Positions 50,826-64,000 of a stretch of DNA of 64,000 nt are shown here, piece after piece (position 1 is the stretch's first letter; every line of letters begins with the position of its first letter). The position numbers and the translations under genes were made by a program. This DNA is from Neoechinorhynchus agilis (taxonomy: Eukaryota; Animalia; Acanthocephala). The notes below the pieces were generated by a model. That model was not told the origin of the DNA and did not search any database. It saw nothing but the letters and a program-made list of their open reading frames with translations. The stretch lies in the NCBI GenBank assembly GCA_051530055.1, contig CM121341.1, forward strand, positions 17,772,784 to 17,836,783, in the 5' to 3' direction.

Positions 50826-51130
50826 TTATTTTGAAGATATTACATAATTATTCGCCGTCCTCCTCCTCCTCCTCCTCAATTGTCGCCGAATGCTTGCAGT
50901 GTCGCCTCTCAACACGGCAATGCTGATATTTTGAACCAGGTATTGAACCTGAAGGCGTCGCTTCAGATTCCTCAGGAGTTGAAGAGCCTCACTGCCAAGA
51001 GATCCGTAGGTCTCAACCCCAAAAGGCACAAACACATAGGTTAAATCGAGGTATTTCGCCGTTTTCCGTCCTTGCGCAGCGCTCACTGCATCTCCAGCTT
51101 GAATTACCGAGAACTTGAGATTGCTGGCCG
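50826..51130 (-). mobile_element. CRE-like 3' fragment, same subfamily as 6013-6500
   Basis: GRKTAKYLDL...VFVPF-VETYGSL-SEALQLL--LKRRLQV nearly identical to the 6.0-6.4 kb copy, with small internal deletions. Confidence 0.85.
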
Positions 51131-51998
51131 CCCGTTTTAAGAATTAATTATATTCTTTTATTCTTTCTTTCGATTCAAAAGGTTTCATGGCATCCAATTA
51201 TTATTGAAATCGTTCAAAAAATAATACATGGACTCATTCTCACATATCAAATGTACTCTTTCATGACGTCATTTGACTTTTGCGGACTCTTAAGCCTTCT
51301 TCCCTGGATGCCGCGAAAAGAATTAGTGGTTGAAACATTAGATCAACTTTCTAAAATTTCGAAAATATTGGAGCTTTATAAAAAACTCCGACTAAGAATG
51401 AGATAAATTTGGGGCTCCAAAGGTTTCGAAAGTGTTTTTTCGAGGACATTATTGAGCAATAAATATGTCAGCGCCCATGTTTTACTCTCGAAAACGGCGG
51501 GACAACTAATAATTCGCGAAATAGCAGCCAATTGCGATGTACGTGTTCGATATCGGGTTTCATTCGATGTTCCGGCTATGAAAATCCACCTTCGGGGACC
51601 CTTTTGCAATCAATGAGGTGTGTCCGGAAAATGTTACACTTACAAAGTATGGCGCAGAAATTAAAAGAATTTGTCATTTATGTCGCTTATCGATACTCGA
51701 GATGGATCTTTAAAGACGAATGCATATATTTCGACTTTGAAGTCGGGCCAGCCGGTAGCTCTTTTTCTGTGTCTATGTGTGGCCTTTTTATGGCTAATAA
51801 TTTTTCCTTGGGCATGCATGAAATTTCACAAAATGCTCACTTCAAAGTTATCACATTTTGCGCTTTTTTATCGATTAAAGGAATTGAAATCAGTTGACAT
51901 ATTTATATTGCTATGATTTGAGTGTGCATTGGTGTTTATCCTTTCGACCGATTTCAGAAGATAAAATTCGATTAAAACGGAAAAATTAAAAACAAGAA

Positions 51999-52541
51999 GC
52001 GATTGTTCATTATTATCACATTAAAAAATTATTAAAATGCGCATTTGTCATAAAATCGTGATATCTAAACAAAATAAAGTCACTCGTTACGAATAACAGC
52101 ATCGGTATCTTCGATTTCTTGTATTTTAAAACCAAACTGAATGTCTCGATTGCATCATTCAACCTTTTTGTGGTCGCGATTAAAACTTGATATCCGATGA
52201 CGACTTAAGATCTCACATATAAACGTAAATATTAAAAACAAGGAATACTATTTTTTTTATTCAAATTAAATTGCCCACACTTATTAATTTATCATGCAAT
52301 AAAGCGACCAACGATTTAGTTCGTCGACCGTTCCATATATTGTCTACTTTGTGAATTTAATTCCTTCATACAATTTCATCGTTGCGTGAAATGATTAGTT
52401 TCGATTTGTTAATGAACAAAATTGTTTACACGGCTAAAAAACTTGGTTACCAAAGGCGATTGTTCATTATTATCACATTAAAAAATTATTAAAATGCGCA
52501 TTTGTCATAAAATCGTGATATCGAAACAAGATAAAGTCACT
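51999..52541. repeat. 86-bp direct repeat pair (51999-52084, 52456-52541)
   Basis: gcgattgttcattattatcacattaaaaaattattaaaatgcgcatttgtcataaaatcgtgatatc...aaagtcact occurs twice with about two differences. Confidence 0.9.
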
Positions 52542-52778
52542 GTGCGAGCAACGCGGTACAATGCTCCTACTGTTGCTTCACAGTTTGATCAAAAAATGAC
52601 CAGAGGTATCCATGCAAGTAGTTTTCAAACTCTTCTCTTTCCTCTCGAAAAATCTGTTCGTTGAGTTCAAATGGACCTTCATCTTGCTAGGTCAGCAAGC
52701 ATTTTATTGCACAAGACGCATTGCGTTTTTTCTTTTCCATCCATCATCTTCGACAAGAGTGAATTGTAAAGATGCTCA

Positions 52779-52982
52779 TCATTTACTTTTAATAGCGAAT
52801 TGTAATAATTGATTTATTGGATAATTTTCGGCCTGCTTCAGTTTATTGTGTGTAAGTTTTTCAATATGAGAGTTTCGTGTTATTTAAAAGCTTACACGCA
52901 ATGGACTGAAGAAGGCCTACGCGAAGGCCTAAAATTATCAAATAAATCAATTATTATAATTCGCAATAAAAAAAGTAAATGA
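52779..52982. mobile_element. Older fold-back element related to 38420-38631, with decayed hammerheads
   Basis: Near-complete palindrome; tggaCTGAAGAAGGCCtacgcgaAGGCCtAAAATTAtca on the plus strand, CTGAAGcAGGCCGAAAATTAtcca on the minus strand. Confidence 0.8.
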
Positions 52983-53542
52983 ACAGTGAAGCAGTACTAC
53001 AGGTACGCATTTTGTTACGATCGCTTTCGTCCAGCCATGAACACAAGAAGAATGTCAATTTGGGGATAAAGACAGAAATTATTACCCAAAAATCGATGAG
53101 CTCGATATAGTTGGTTGGTAAACAAAGTCGTAATCACAAAGGAACTCGAAGCAGTGCAAGCGATGATTTCGTATGCCCTTGACGCGGGAGTAATAGGTTG
53201 ACCTTCCAGAGTGGACGGCAAAAATAGAGGAAATTGGATGCAATGATGATAAGTTTTTGCTCTGAACCGGTCAATTCGGCTGTCGATGTTGCGCTGGTTG
53301 TCGCTTCGGGAGCCAGTTGTTTAAAGAAAATCATTAAACTCATAGATAATATCTCTTTCGTCATAAAATTTCATGGTCGGATGAAATAATATTAATAGAT
53401 TTCCAAACTCTGCTTCGCGTTAACTTTGAAACAATTTTTATTTTTACGAAAAGTTTCGCGCTTTCCTTTCCCTCACAAATGATTTTACAACGTTTTGCGG
53501 ACGGTAAAAGTTTGAGACGGGCACGCCGATTAATTTCTGATA

Positions 53543-54977
53543 TCAACAACAATTATCGATTCTTTTCAGATTGGCCTTTCCCTTCTGGTCTTTAAAGTTG
53601 AACTGGTTAATGTTTTTCTTCGTTGCACCATTATCGAATTGATTGGCAATACTAAGATGTTTTGTGAGTGCCGATTCCGCGATTTTATAAAACATTTCAT
53701 CTATTTTGTCATTAATTCTCCGCTCCGTGAGAAACTAAGATACCAGCGGTGAGTTATCGACAAATCACGTTAATTTTATCTCTTGCACTTGTCTCGAAAA
53801 ACGGTATATTTAGCGTGTACGCCAGTTGAGAGCCTTCTTCGTTGCTGACAAGTTTTAAAATAGTGCCTGAATCGCACTTGTTCCCCACCAAAACTTTTGC
53901 AACTGTTGAATTACAGCAATGGTCGTCGATCTCGCTAATCCATTTGCGGACTCGTTCAAACGAAGCTCTGTTACTCACATCATAAACAAATATCACCCCG
54001 TCTGCTCCTCGGTAGTAAGTAGAAGTTACAACTCGAAATCTTTCTTGGCCAGCAGTGTCCCATATTTGCATTCGACAATTATAGGGACCAATTGTTAGAC
54101 ATTTAGTTTTAAAATCTACACCGATGGTGCTTATATATAATCCCGTAAAAATATCATCGGTATATCGGAGCATCAAGCTCGATTTTCCAACCCCTGTCAT
54201 ATAGAACTGTTTATTAAAATAGTGTGCTAAAATTAATTTTACTATCTCCTTTAAAAAAGTTCCGATTCCTTTTGTAGTGTATTTAATTGTAACAATTATT
54301 AAAAGCTAAATGGTCTACATTCTTAATCAACGGTAACGTTAAAATTTGTTGAGCAAATAACAGTTAGAAACTGCACCAAAATTATTTCACTCTTTTTGAA
54401 CAAATTTAGCAAAATAATGCATTTAAAGGCGTAAAGTGGTTAGCAAAAGTCTCAGTCATATTGAAATGCGTACGTTTCTGCAACTTTCCTTCATCATATT
54501 GACTTTTTATTTATAAAAAATTTTAAAGGACGGGTTGCCAATATGTTTCCTAACTTCAGTTCTCTAATTGCGCTGTCAAATGAAATTCTTTATATTGATA
54601 AATTCTATTTCTAGTTCAAAGAACGCATTATTCCTTCGCTCAATAGAATTGGGAATTTAAAATCGAGAATTACACCCAAATAGAGTTTTTCGGCGCTTCC
54701 GAGCATCAGCTCTTTTTGGCGATTTACTGGATAAACTAGGAGCTGCAATGTAAAACATAGATATAAAGGAAAATTAAACCTAAAACTCACATTACGTCGC
54801 AGCTCTTAGGAACGTTTTTCGAAACATAACTTTTACCTTCATCTTACCTGATTCACCGACGATAAGAATTTTAAAATTTTTGTTAAAAGAGTTTAGTGGG
54901 CCCGGATCGCTTGTCCTAATGTTTTTGGACTGACGAGTATGCAAGTCGATCGATTTTATTCTCCGTTCGAATCTCAT
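53543..54977 (-). CDS. Rab GTPase, Rab35-like; 3 exons (54977-54848, 54193-~53766, ~53702-53543)
   Basis: KILIVGES|GVGKS, WDTAGQERFR, VTSTYYRG, VGNKCD, FETSAR; the third exon DEMFYKIAE...IDNCC* gives a CC prenylation end; intron 1 is canonical. Confidence 0.92.
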
Positions 54978-56599
54978 CGTTCGCAGTTCAATATCGATCG
55001 TCCAAACTCTGCTAACACTTTCACAGTATCTAGAAAATTTGGATGCGCTTTAGAGAACGATGAGTTTTCTCATTCAAAAGCGAAAAACTCTTAAACATTT
55101 TGAAGCTCACAATATATAAAGACTCATACTAAAACTCTTCTATCACATGAACTTTCGATGAAAAGTGCAAGATTTTTTTCCAGCGATGGGTTGTCCTCGT
55201 ATTCTGGCTATTAACCAACATTTTTAAGTGTAATCGGTTCAACACACCCAATTGATTACTATTTAAATTTCCTTCATAAATTTACACTACTGAACAGCCA
55301 AATCCTTAAAAATTCGTTGCGACATAATAAATAGCCTCTCAAAACGTTCATTACACTAAAAGAAAATGAAAATGTATCGAAATCTAAGAACTGAGCTATA
55401 TTGTGCAAGGTTACATTAAATATTGCTCATCGAAATTGATCAGTCATTTTGTTAGCGTTAGGAAACTGAAGCAATCGAAATGATGGACCAATCTACTGCT
55501 AGAAAATATTATTGGTTTAATCACTTCACCTGCACGGCATAGTCTACGGGATTTGCTAATGAAATGGACCTTTAAAAATTTCGGGTATTTTATAATTCCC
55601 AGCTAAGATCAAAACAAAATTGGCGACAGTTTATGAGAATTATTATTTTATTCTATCTTAATCCTCGCAAACTAAATAACTGATTCAAAACAACGGTATC
55701 AATTGTCAAATATATGTTCAAACAGTGGCAAAATTTAAATTTATTAAAAGAGGAAATATCTTTTTTTATTTTCAGGTTAGCCAAAAAATTAACCATACTA
55801 TCGTTCTTGATATTAGAAATGTTTTTAAATAACGATTAAAAAGCGCATCTATTAACATTTTAATTTGCTAGAACTTTAGCATTAGTTTGATGCTGCTTAG
55901 AATGCTTGCTGCTAATTCATTCAAATACGCATATAAACTTTGCATAAACTAGAATTGTTGTTATGTTGGTACAAAAGGCTATACGCAATCGAAATTTAAA
56001 ATATTTACATCAAGGTAGATAGACGTCTCTCGATATCCTCAAATTTAATCCTAGACAGATTTAAGAGATCATGTAGTTTTAAGTCTATAGATTAGAGATA
56101 TACGTTTATCAACTATATTTGCCAATGTCGTATTTTGATACACGATCGTAATCACGAACTGTCTGAAATATTTATCTCGCGGTTTTGGAGAGACGTGAAA
56201 CTAAATAAGACATGCACGTCTCCATTTAAAAGTTTAAATTAACCGGTTAAATCTCTCGGGCAGTTAGTAGGACTTTGATTTTGCAGGTTGCATCGTCGAG
56301 AATGTGAACGTCGATGAAAATAGCGGACAATTATTGCTTATATTCAAATATAATAGAATTTTTATATTTTTAAAACTCAAAATTTAAAATTTCATCTGAC
56401 AGTTGACCAACTGACAATCTATTCTGGCGTCATCATTAGGTTTTATACCTAAAAACCTGATCCAATTGAATGATGGATCAATCACTCGTGTTCTATCTTT
56501 TCATTTTCTCTTACGTCTATTGCGTGAGCGGGACTAAATCAGTAAATGCGGAATTAACCAATCTTTATTGCAATGTTCAATTAATGTCCTGAGTAGCAA

Positions 56600-58900
56600 C
56601 AACCTGTGACATTGGATAATCAACATGGTTTTATCGCAGTTGCCACGTAGCAGGCAGGTCCTTCGTGAATCAATTTTTTATTGAGGAGGTTTCGAAGCTC
56701 GTCGGGTTCATCATCAGTTTTAAAATACAAGTGGTTAAGTAATTATTTCGCTCGCACACGCGCTCATTGTAGATTTTGTTGTTTCCTTTTTGTTAGCTGT
56801 TAAGACAGAGTCTGTAACCTCGTTGGTCTTTTATACCCGCTTTCTGTTCTTTGATTAAGATGGCCTCTTTAATTAAGCGTCTAAAATTATTGCGTTCCCT
56901 TGCTAAAACCAATGTTTAATCGTAATTGACCACGTGGCCAGTTTGCACATCGTGTAGCGCAATATTCGACGCTACCACCTTCTGAGTCGTGGACCGTTTA
57001 TGTTCTGCCAATCTCTTTTTAGGATTCCGGCATATTTGTCCAATGTAATTGCTGTTGCATTTGCTAGAAGAAACTTTGTAGACAGCAGCCTTTTTTCCAG
57101 TTCCTGGTATCCGGGAAAACTCCGCCAAGGACGGTCATAAGCCCGGCTGAGAAAGGAGGAGGGCGGTATGACTGAGTTTTTCCAAGTTTCAAATGGTTTC
57201 CATTAAGGCTCAGCGCTGAGTCCGCTTCTGTTCACGGTTGTGATGGATGTCCTAGGTAATTCGGACAAAAACTCAAGAGCCCCATGGGAAATAGTGTTCG
57301 CAGACGATTTAGTACTTAGGGCCGAAAAAGTAAGCTTATTAGAAAAGGATGTGGAAAGGTGGAGACGTGGACTCGAAATTAATGGTTTGAGAGTCAGCAG
57401 AACTAAGACGTACTATATGGGGTCAGAGAATTTATTCATGCAAGGAGTCAAGGTTGAAAAAAAGGCGAACGTCAAGTATTTGGGTAGTATGGTTAACTTG
57501 GACGATTCTTTGCCACCGGAAATCACCTTACGAATCCAGCAGGCATGGGTGAATTGGAGGAAAGCCTCGGGCATCCTATGTGACCGGAGAGTTACAGCGA
57601 ACCTCAAGGGACGGGTCTATGAGGCGGTTGTTAGACCAGCTATGACTTATGCGGCAAAGACTTGAGCCACAAAACAAGAGGATTTCAATAGACTGTCGGT
57701 AAATGAGATTAGGATGTTGCGGTGGGCAGCAGGAATCACAAGAAAGGATAAAGTCAGAAACGAGGAGATCAGAAAGCTGTTCCGTGTGGTACCCATCCGA
57801 GATGTGATCGCCAGGAAAAGGCTGACCCGGGGGAGCGTCTGTCTATGGTAGACTAGGATGACAGGTTGAGGAGGATTGAAAAATTTCGGATTGGGGGGCC
57901 AAGGAGAAGAGGACGGCGGAAGAGAAGGTGGAAAGACTGCCTGAAAGATGATGCGAAGGTGCTTGGGGTGAATGTTTGACATGAACATGCGACCTCTCGT
58001 GGAGAGCAAAGCAGTAAGATATGTGTGTGTGGTATTTCCGGGAAATGAGGTTTCCTATCAGCACAGAAAGTTGAAAATAAAATTATTTTATCGACAGACC
58101 GTTGTTCTTCACAATCCTTGAAATTTTGTTGCTCCAACGGTTGGTTTGTGGGCCTATGTCTGGCACTCCAATGCGCAGGTCCATTCAATTTGGGTCCATG
58201 ACTGTTTCTTTTGACTGGGTGTTCCTCGCACGGTCCACTTGCTCTCGCGCTGAACTAAGAACATCTTTGGGGTACCCCAACTTGCTGAAAATTCGTTTCA
58301 GCTGTTGGATTTCATCACTGAAGCACTCCTCACTGCAGGTGTTGTAGACACGATGTAGAAAGCCTTTGAATATACCAACTTTTGTGCTCTTGTTGTAAGC
58401 ACTGCTCCACAGTATATAATTATATGTATCATTTGACTTTCTGTAGACCGATGTAGTAATTTGTGTTCCATTTTTTTTGAATCAACACATCTAGAAACGG
58501 CAACCTTCCATTTTCATCGGACCTATTCATAGTGAATTTGATTCTATTATGTTGGCGGTTGAGATGTTCCATGAAATCTTCTACATATCTTTTGTAGAAG
58601 TCTGGTTTGATCGCATATGTTTCCATTGCGCTTTTTTCTAAGTGATCCATGAAGAGATAAGCCAGAACTGGGGCATTAGGTGAACCCATGGCTACGCCCC
58701 ACTTTTGAACATAATACTTTCCATCAAACTCGAAACTTACCGCGCAAGCCAACTCAAGCAGATTCTTTAGATGTGTTTTAGGATCACGACGACTCTGCCA
58801 GTGCCCGCACTGTAGTATAGTCATAGATATTGTTCAGTCCCAACCATTCTGCTCCCTGTGGGTGTTAAACGACACCTGCATCACATACAAATGTGAACAA
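56600..58900 (-). mobile_element. Degenerate Penelope-like element (RT, GIY-YIG, 3' pLTR with hammerhead)
   Basis: QKWGVAMGSP-APVLA, RYVED, IKFT...LPFLDV, GFLHRVYNTCSEE...KLGYP, VYKV...YIGQ..R..KRLAEH; CTGATGA-T-GAACC..GCTTC-GAAACCTC at 56683-56720. Confidence 0.9.
57140..58085 (+). mobile_element. RTE-clade LINE 3' fragment inserted into the Penelope element
   Basis: H*GSALSPLLF, VFADDL, GLRVSRTKT, KYLGS, RI..AW.NWRK.SG.LCD, KGRVY..VVRP.M.Y. Confidence 0.88.
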
Positions 58901-61312
58901 AGAACTTCAAGGGAGTGGTTATTCACACTGCCCTTAGATTAAGGTTGAGCTCTGCCTTGTTCCTTTCTACTGTATCAACCTAACCAATAACGCGATCTAA
59001 TTTGGACTCGCTTTGCGTTAAAATGGTGGCGTAGAATTACAACAATATTTGTTTTTTTCCATTTTCCTCAGATTTTAGTGACTTTTAATATTGTTTATCA
59101 AAGATTCAACATGCTTTATTTTTATCGATTTTTCTGCTCCCTAAAATGGTTTAAAGATGAATTTACCGTTTCAAAAGAAACAAAACAACTCTTTTCTAAC
59201 AGTTGAACGAGTTAGTAAGCTTTAACATTCATTGCAAGATATAAATTATTTACACAGTTATTCACAATCGAGTCTCCGTCAACATTTTGAAACATTTATA
59301 GCGAAGCTTCTCCATCACCATAAAGCGATAAATTCAAAACTTTGAATCTGATACCTTCATTTAATTTTGATTCAATCCTATAATCCGGAATTGAAGGGGT
59401 CTTTTGGATTTAAAAATTTGATCTAATTTTTTATTTCATTGCATTTCGTTCATCCGAAAACGTGCAATGTAGTGCTTAAGAGGTTTGATTTTTGAACTAA
59501 TCTCATTTAAAGATTTCATATCTTGATACTCAAAAGGCAATTTCACCAGCGAAAGTCGTGCCAATCTGCGGATCTTCTTTTGCCTGTGTCGATAAAAAAG
59601 GCTGCTAGATGACAGGATGTAAGTTTTTTAAGTACAACTCAGCGCACTTATTTGGCCATTACAGTTTCAATGTTGCTTAGATTTTCGACTTTGGGAAAAT
59701 AGCGATGCAGTGTTAATTAAAAATGAGCTTTTGTGGATATTGGGCAAAAATGGTGCAAAAGGATAGAGAATACAAAATTTAGCTACGAAGAGCTAAAAAC
59801 GTACAGTAGAACGTCGTTTATCCAAATTAATTGGGACCTGACACAGTTCGGATACGAGATTTTTCAGATAATAAAAAACCCTTTTTATGTAGCGCGGAGA
59901 AAGTTGTTTAAAAAGCAAAATTAGGGTAGAATTACATAATTTTGGCTTTATTGGTGAAAATAAACACTAATTTTTCTCTGTACCATTGCACACCGTCGTT
60001 TTTCCTAGCAACAGTAGTTGCGTAGGACAGTATTCTGATCCGGATAAAATTGAGGTTTCGGATAATTGACGTTTCGAATAATCGACGTTAAACTGTAGTT
60101 AAACATGATGATTCTTAAATAGACAGGGAATATGAACACAATAAAAGGTCACTTGTATCATCTGGAATATTGTAATGACAAATCGCTGTTGGTACTAAGA
60201 AATAGTCGATTTTCGTTAGTCAGTAAACACGATTATTTTAAATCTTCACAAATTTCTTTTCGTTGGTAGAAAAGTATACGCTTTAACGTCAATTTACAAC
60301 TTCTTAAAAATCTGTGTAAGTCGCGTGGGGCGTTTGATGGGATAAAACCAAATAGCTCGCGTGATTTTAAGCTTTTTTTGCTAAAACGAATTTAAGCTCT
60401 CCACTTATTGGATGTTAGAACGACGTTTTGCCTGATTAATCAAAATGAGAAAAATACAATGATGATTAACAATTCACAGCAATAAGTATTTTTAGATTTG
60501 TAAATTGAAATGCCAATAATTTTCATTTATGTTGAAAAACAATACATTTTAGCTCTTCGTATACTAATTTTGTTTATTAATTTTTTCATTTACAATTAAA
60601 AATGCGATCAAACATATAGCAGAGGAAAACAAACTTCTTACAAAAATGTCTCAAATGGAATTATAATGTTCAGGGGAAAAGATACTCTTTTTTGGTAGTT
60701 ATACCAACCGCAGATTTAAATGGACGAATTTATTCGTACAATGCAGACATTATGAAGGTTTCGCACATAGTAAAAAGTTTATAAACAATGGCAAACTTTG
60801 ATAATGTCAGAATTATTCGCCGAAATATTTAAATTTGGGGTGGTATAACTACTAAAAGAAAGTATGAAATAAGTATCTGTAAGTGCTCGGTTCTTTACAA
60901 CGGAAAATTCTGTACAGTGTATCATAATCGTCAAATTCTCAAATATCTTTTGCTTAAAACCCTTCTAAGACACAGAACCGTTTCCGAGCATTTTATTGCA
61001 GCGATTTTTTGCTGGATATTCTCAGGATAAGACTCGCAGTTTTGAGATTTTTACAGTTACGATTTTCGTGTATATTTGGCTTGCTCATATATGTCCCTGC
61101 GACAAAAGATAAAAAACGTGCGGATTTTACAATACCTCAATGAAAAACGAAGCCCATTCGTCAGTTTAACGCATTGGACTGAAAATTTTCATGAGAATTT
61201 TCGATCGGTAGAGGACAAAGATCCCATGCCTGAAAGAAATGGAGTACAACTTCGTGAAGAAATTGTCGATAATTTTGCGTCACAAATAAGTGGTACGAAC
61301 ACTCCTTCATTT

Positions 61313-61558
61313 TTAAGGATCACAAATCGATCTTAGAATCTCCTTTATCTTCTCAATTCGTTCACTCGATTTCCGTCCAAAAAGCCGCAAATAATCTAAA
61401 GTGATGGAAGCACATTTGTCAGCCATTTTTTTGCTTTGTCGATCAATTTCCGTAATTTGCTTCTCAATTGCAGAAATTTGATTCATGATTTCTATTAATC
61501 GAACGGAAAGGAGGTCCTCGAAGGAACTGCTTTCCTCGTTTCCGCTTGATTTATCCAT
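61313..61558 (-). CDS. Possible small coiled-coil protein
   Basis: 81-aa ATG ORF with heptad-like IMNQISAIEKQITEIDRQ. Confidence 0.45.
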   Translation of the reverse strand: MDKSSGNEESSSFEDLLSVRLIEIMNQISAIEKQITEIDRQSKKMADKCASITLDYLRLFGRKSSERIEKIKEILRSICDP

Positions 61559-62085
61559 TGTCTAGAACTAAGGAGTTTCGACTTTCAGTGCTTGTTATCG
61601 TTTTTTTTATTTAGATCTTCGGTGAAAAATGTCACTAACAAGGTTACGGTCTCTAAGTGAGGAAATAGCACTCTGTAGGCAAAATATGAAGTTTCATATT
61701 GTCATACTTTCTCTCTTCATGATTCGGCTCAATGTACATTTTTACTGCGATTGTCATCGGCAAACGTGGTTATTTTTGAAGCAAATTTCAAAGCTTTGGA
61801 AAAAAAACATGATTGATTTCGTACGTGAATTTTTCCCCTATAACGAGTGGGATTTCGTACGAAAAGTGGATTTTTCCAATTGTCTTTTTAGGGTACTTTA
61901 AGCTAAAGATGGCGAAGTTTGATAATTCATTTTTTACAAAGCGGTGTTCCAGTAACGAAAAAGGATTTATTACGGACTCAGTTTGGTGTAAGCAGCGTCC
62001 TTCACGAATTCCGGTTTCATATTAGTTTTTAATTTAAGACTAACTAAGATTTTAGAGTCAGAATCGTACTTTTAGATATTAGGAG

Positions 62086-62547
62086 ATGAACAGCAACTTT
62101 AGCAACGGCGGCAATAATTCCAGCAACCCAGAGATTCCAGTTGATCTAAGTAAAGATGTTGTTGATAACGATGAATCGGTGATTGACGAATTGGCCGACT
62201 ATAGACCGAATGATCCATCTGGAGAATCTGCGGTGAAGAACACTATAAGAAGCATGCAACAGGTAATGCCGGACTGTCCAGAAGACAGCGATGCTGCCGA
62301 AGTACTTGAATACACCTACATCCACCTTAAAGCGTGGACAGTTGCGCAAGCCATGATAAGACTACATAGAGGTGATGATTCAACGGAGGATGAAATTAAA
62401 AAATGCGTAGAAGCCGAGAATTCAATATTCGAACATGCAATCGATGTGGTCTCAGAAATGTTTGAAGGAACGTCGTTCAACATAGGTTCGACAGTAGAGT
62501 CAATGAGGCAAAGGCGTGAGGAAGCCAAAGTGAGCACAGCCAAATAA
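62086..62547 (+). CDS. Unknown acidic protein, 153 aa
   Basis: ATG ORF, GC-richer than its flanks, helical composition; no family recognised. Confidence 0.65.
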   Translation: MNSNFSNGGNNSSNPEIPVDLSKDVVDNDESVIDELADYRPNDPSGESAVKNTIRSMQQVMPDCPEDSDAAEVLEYTYIHLKAWTVAQAMIRLHRGDDSTEDEIKKCVEAENSIFEHAIDVVSEMFEGTSFNIGSTVESMRQRREEAKVSTAK

Positions 62548-62577
62548 CCCGCGGGCAGTCATTAAAATTTTCTTAAG

Positions 62578-63165
62578 AATCAAGCTGAATCATTCACCAA
62601 TTTCAGCACGTTAAATGGTTACTTAAAATCCTTTTTTGTGACGAAAGTTAAAATCGATACAATCTCGTACACTATAGAAAATATTGAAACTATCGACTTT
62701 ATAGAAATACACAAATCTCATTCAACACAACAGTCGTTATGCTACATTCTAACCGTTCCGATAAATAGTCTTAATTTTGCAACGAGCAAACATTCTGTTG
62801 GCATGAGCATTAGGCAAAATTCTATCCAATTGTTCCTCCGAGTGGATGTGTATTCTCAATGGCGAGTTGTAACACACTCGAGTTTTATTGAAATGAAGCT
62901 TGCGAATTTTCAATGCCTCAGCCTCCTTCTCAAGCATTGTTAAAGTGTTAACTCTGCACCAAATTTTCTCAAAAATCAATCTGAATCATTCACCAATTTC
63001 AGCATATTAAATGGTTACTTAAATCCTTTTTTGGTGACGAAAGTGAAAATCGATACAATCTCGTGCCCTTTCAAGTGCGGATTTAACACTTTAACGATGC
63101 TTGAGAAGTAGGCTAAGGCCTTGAAAATTCGCAAGATTGATTTAAATAAAACTCGAGTGTGTTAC
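62578..63165. repeat. Interleaved direct and inverted repeats (A-B-A'-B inverted)
   Basis: ~92-bp direct pair at 62578-62670 and 62974-63068; ~85-bp inverted pair at ~62868-62951 and 63083-63165. Confidence 0.85.
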
Positions 63166-64000
63166 GATTCGTTATTGAGAATTTAGCAAAATGCAATGAA
63201 TTTGGGTCCAATTTCTAAGCTGAGATATTTTCCAGCAACACCAATCTAAATCGATTAACAAAATTACAATATTTCCCACATATCACAGCATCAAACAATT
63301 CATTCGTGAAATACTGTCCAAGAAACTTGCCACTTTTTTTAAATCAAATGCAGTTGAACGGGACGATTTTTTGCACGTTGATCGGATTAATGTTAAACTC
63401 GTTTGTAATAACATGAAGAGTCATTCTCTCACGACGACTCAATAAATTAAGATGCTGATAATTCATCGACCGGAATAATCGCTCATGATAGACAAGTAGA
63501 ATTCATATTACTGTAATGTGATGATTATCGATGACCTTTGTATTTTCGTAGTTTCTCGGCGAGGTAAACATGATAATTCTGATGTAAGCAGCGTCTAAGG
63601 CTTACACTAACGTTTTACTAAAAATAACCGATTTCCTAATTTTAAGATGCGTCGATTAACCTTCTAGCAGCAAAAATGCAAAATGTAGGAGGGATGAAAC
63701 TCCCGCTCCTTTGATTTTCCTCACATTATGAAGGGTAATGCAACGGGATGAATTGAAACGATTTTCAGTAAAATTTCTAGACGACGGTATTTTTCACAAC
63801 TTTATTTTATCGAATAATCAATGTTTAAATTAAAAAATGTTTATAATTTTTTTCCCTACTGTTCGATTGCAAAACTATCTTGGGATTAAATTAAAAACGA
63901 GGAATTAATAATTCGTTAATCTGTAAAAGATTATTTTCTTTTTTAATGCATCGTAGAAAAGTTAAATGGATTTTAATGAAAAAATTATAGCTTACGAAGA

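Noticed and set aside
62078-62088. AGGAG before the ATG as a Shine-Dalgarno site or bacterial insert
   Set aside because: Zero spacing, eukaryotic context and no operon; no CRISPR array, rRNA or tRNA was recognised anywhere in the window.

Overview
This is AT-rich DNA from a compact, gene-dense animal genome: it carries FoxA, a furin-like convertase and eukaryotic Sec machinery, and nothing prokaryotic. The species cannot be fixed; a larvacean-like or other fast-evolving invertebrate is an inference. Recognisable genes: SEPHS2 (in-frame UGA plus a 3' SECIS), FoxA, MCM3AP/GANP, TPI, CAPZB, a Rab35-like GTPase, a cyclin, enoyl-CoA hydratase (ECH), a furin-like convertase, an OTU protease, a Cys-Cys repeat protein and a membrane adhesion-type protein. 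A roughly 20 kb inverted duplication (21283-26535 vs 33068-41571) has differently damaged arms and an in-frame ECH::convertase fusion. Mobile DNA comprises five CRE-like RLE retroelements, L2/CR1-like and RTE LINE pieces, a Penelope-like element, and small fold-back elements carrying paired minimal hammerhead motifs. The top finding: at nine junctions in eight genes the protein is best restored by removing a segment bounded by TA(N) direct repeats, often with terminal inverted repeats and usually without usable GT-AG ends. This points to transposon-derived non-canonical introns or IES-like DNA excision. All alignments were done by eye from remembered family consensus; no database search was run.
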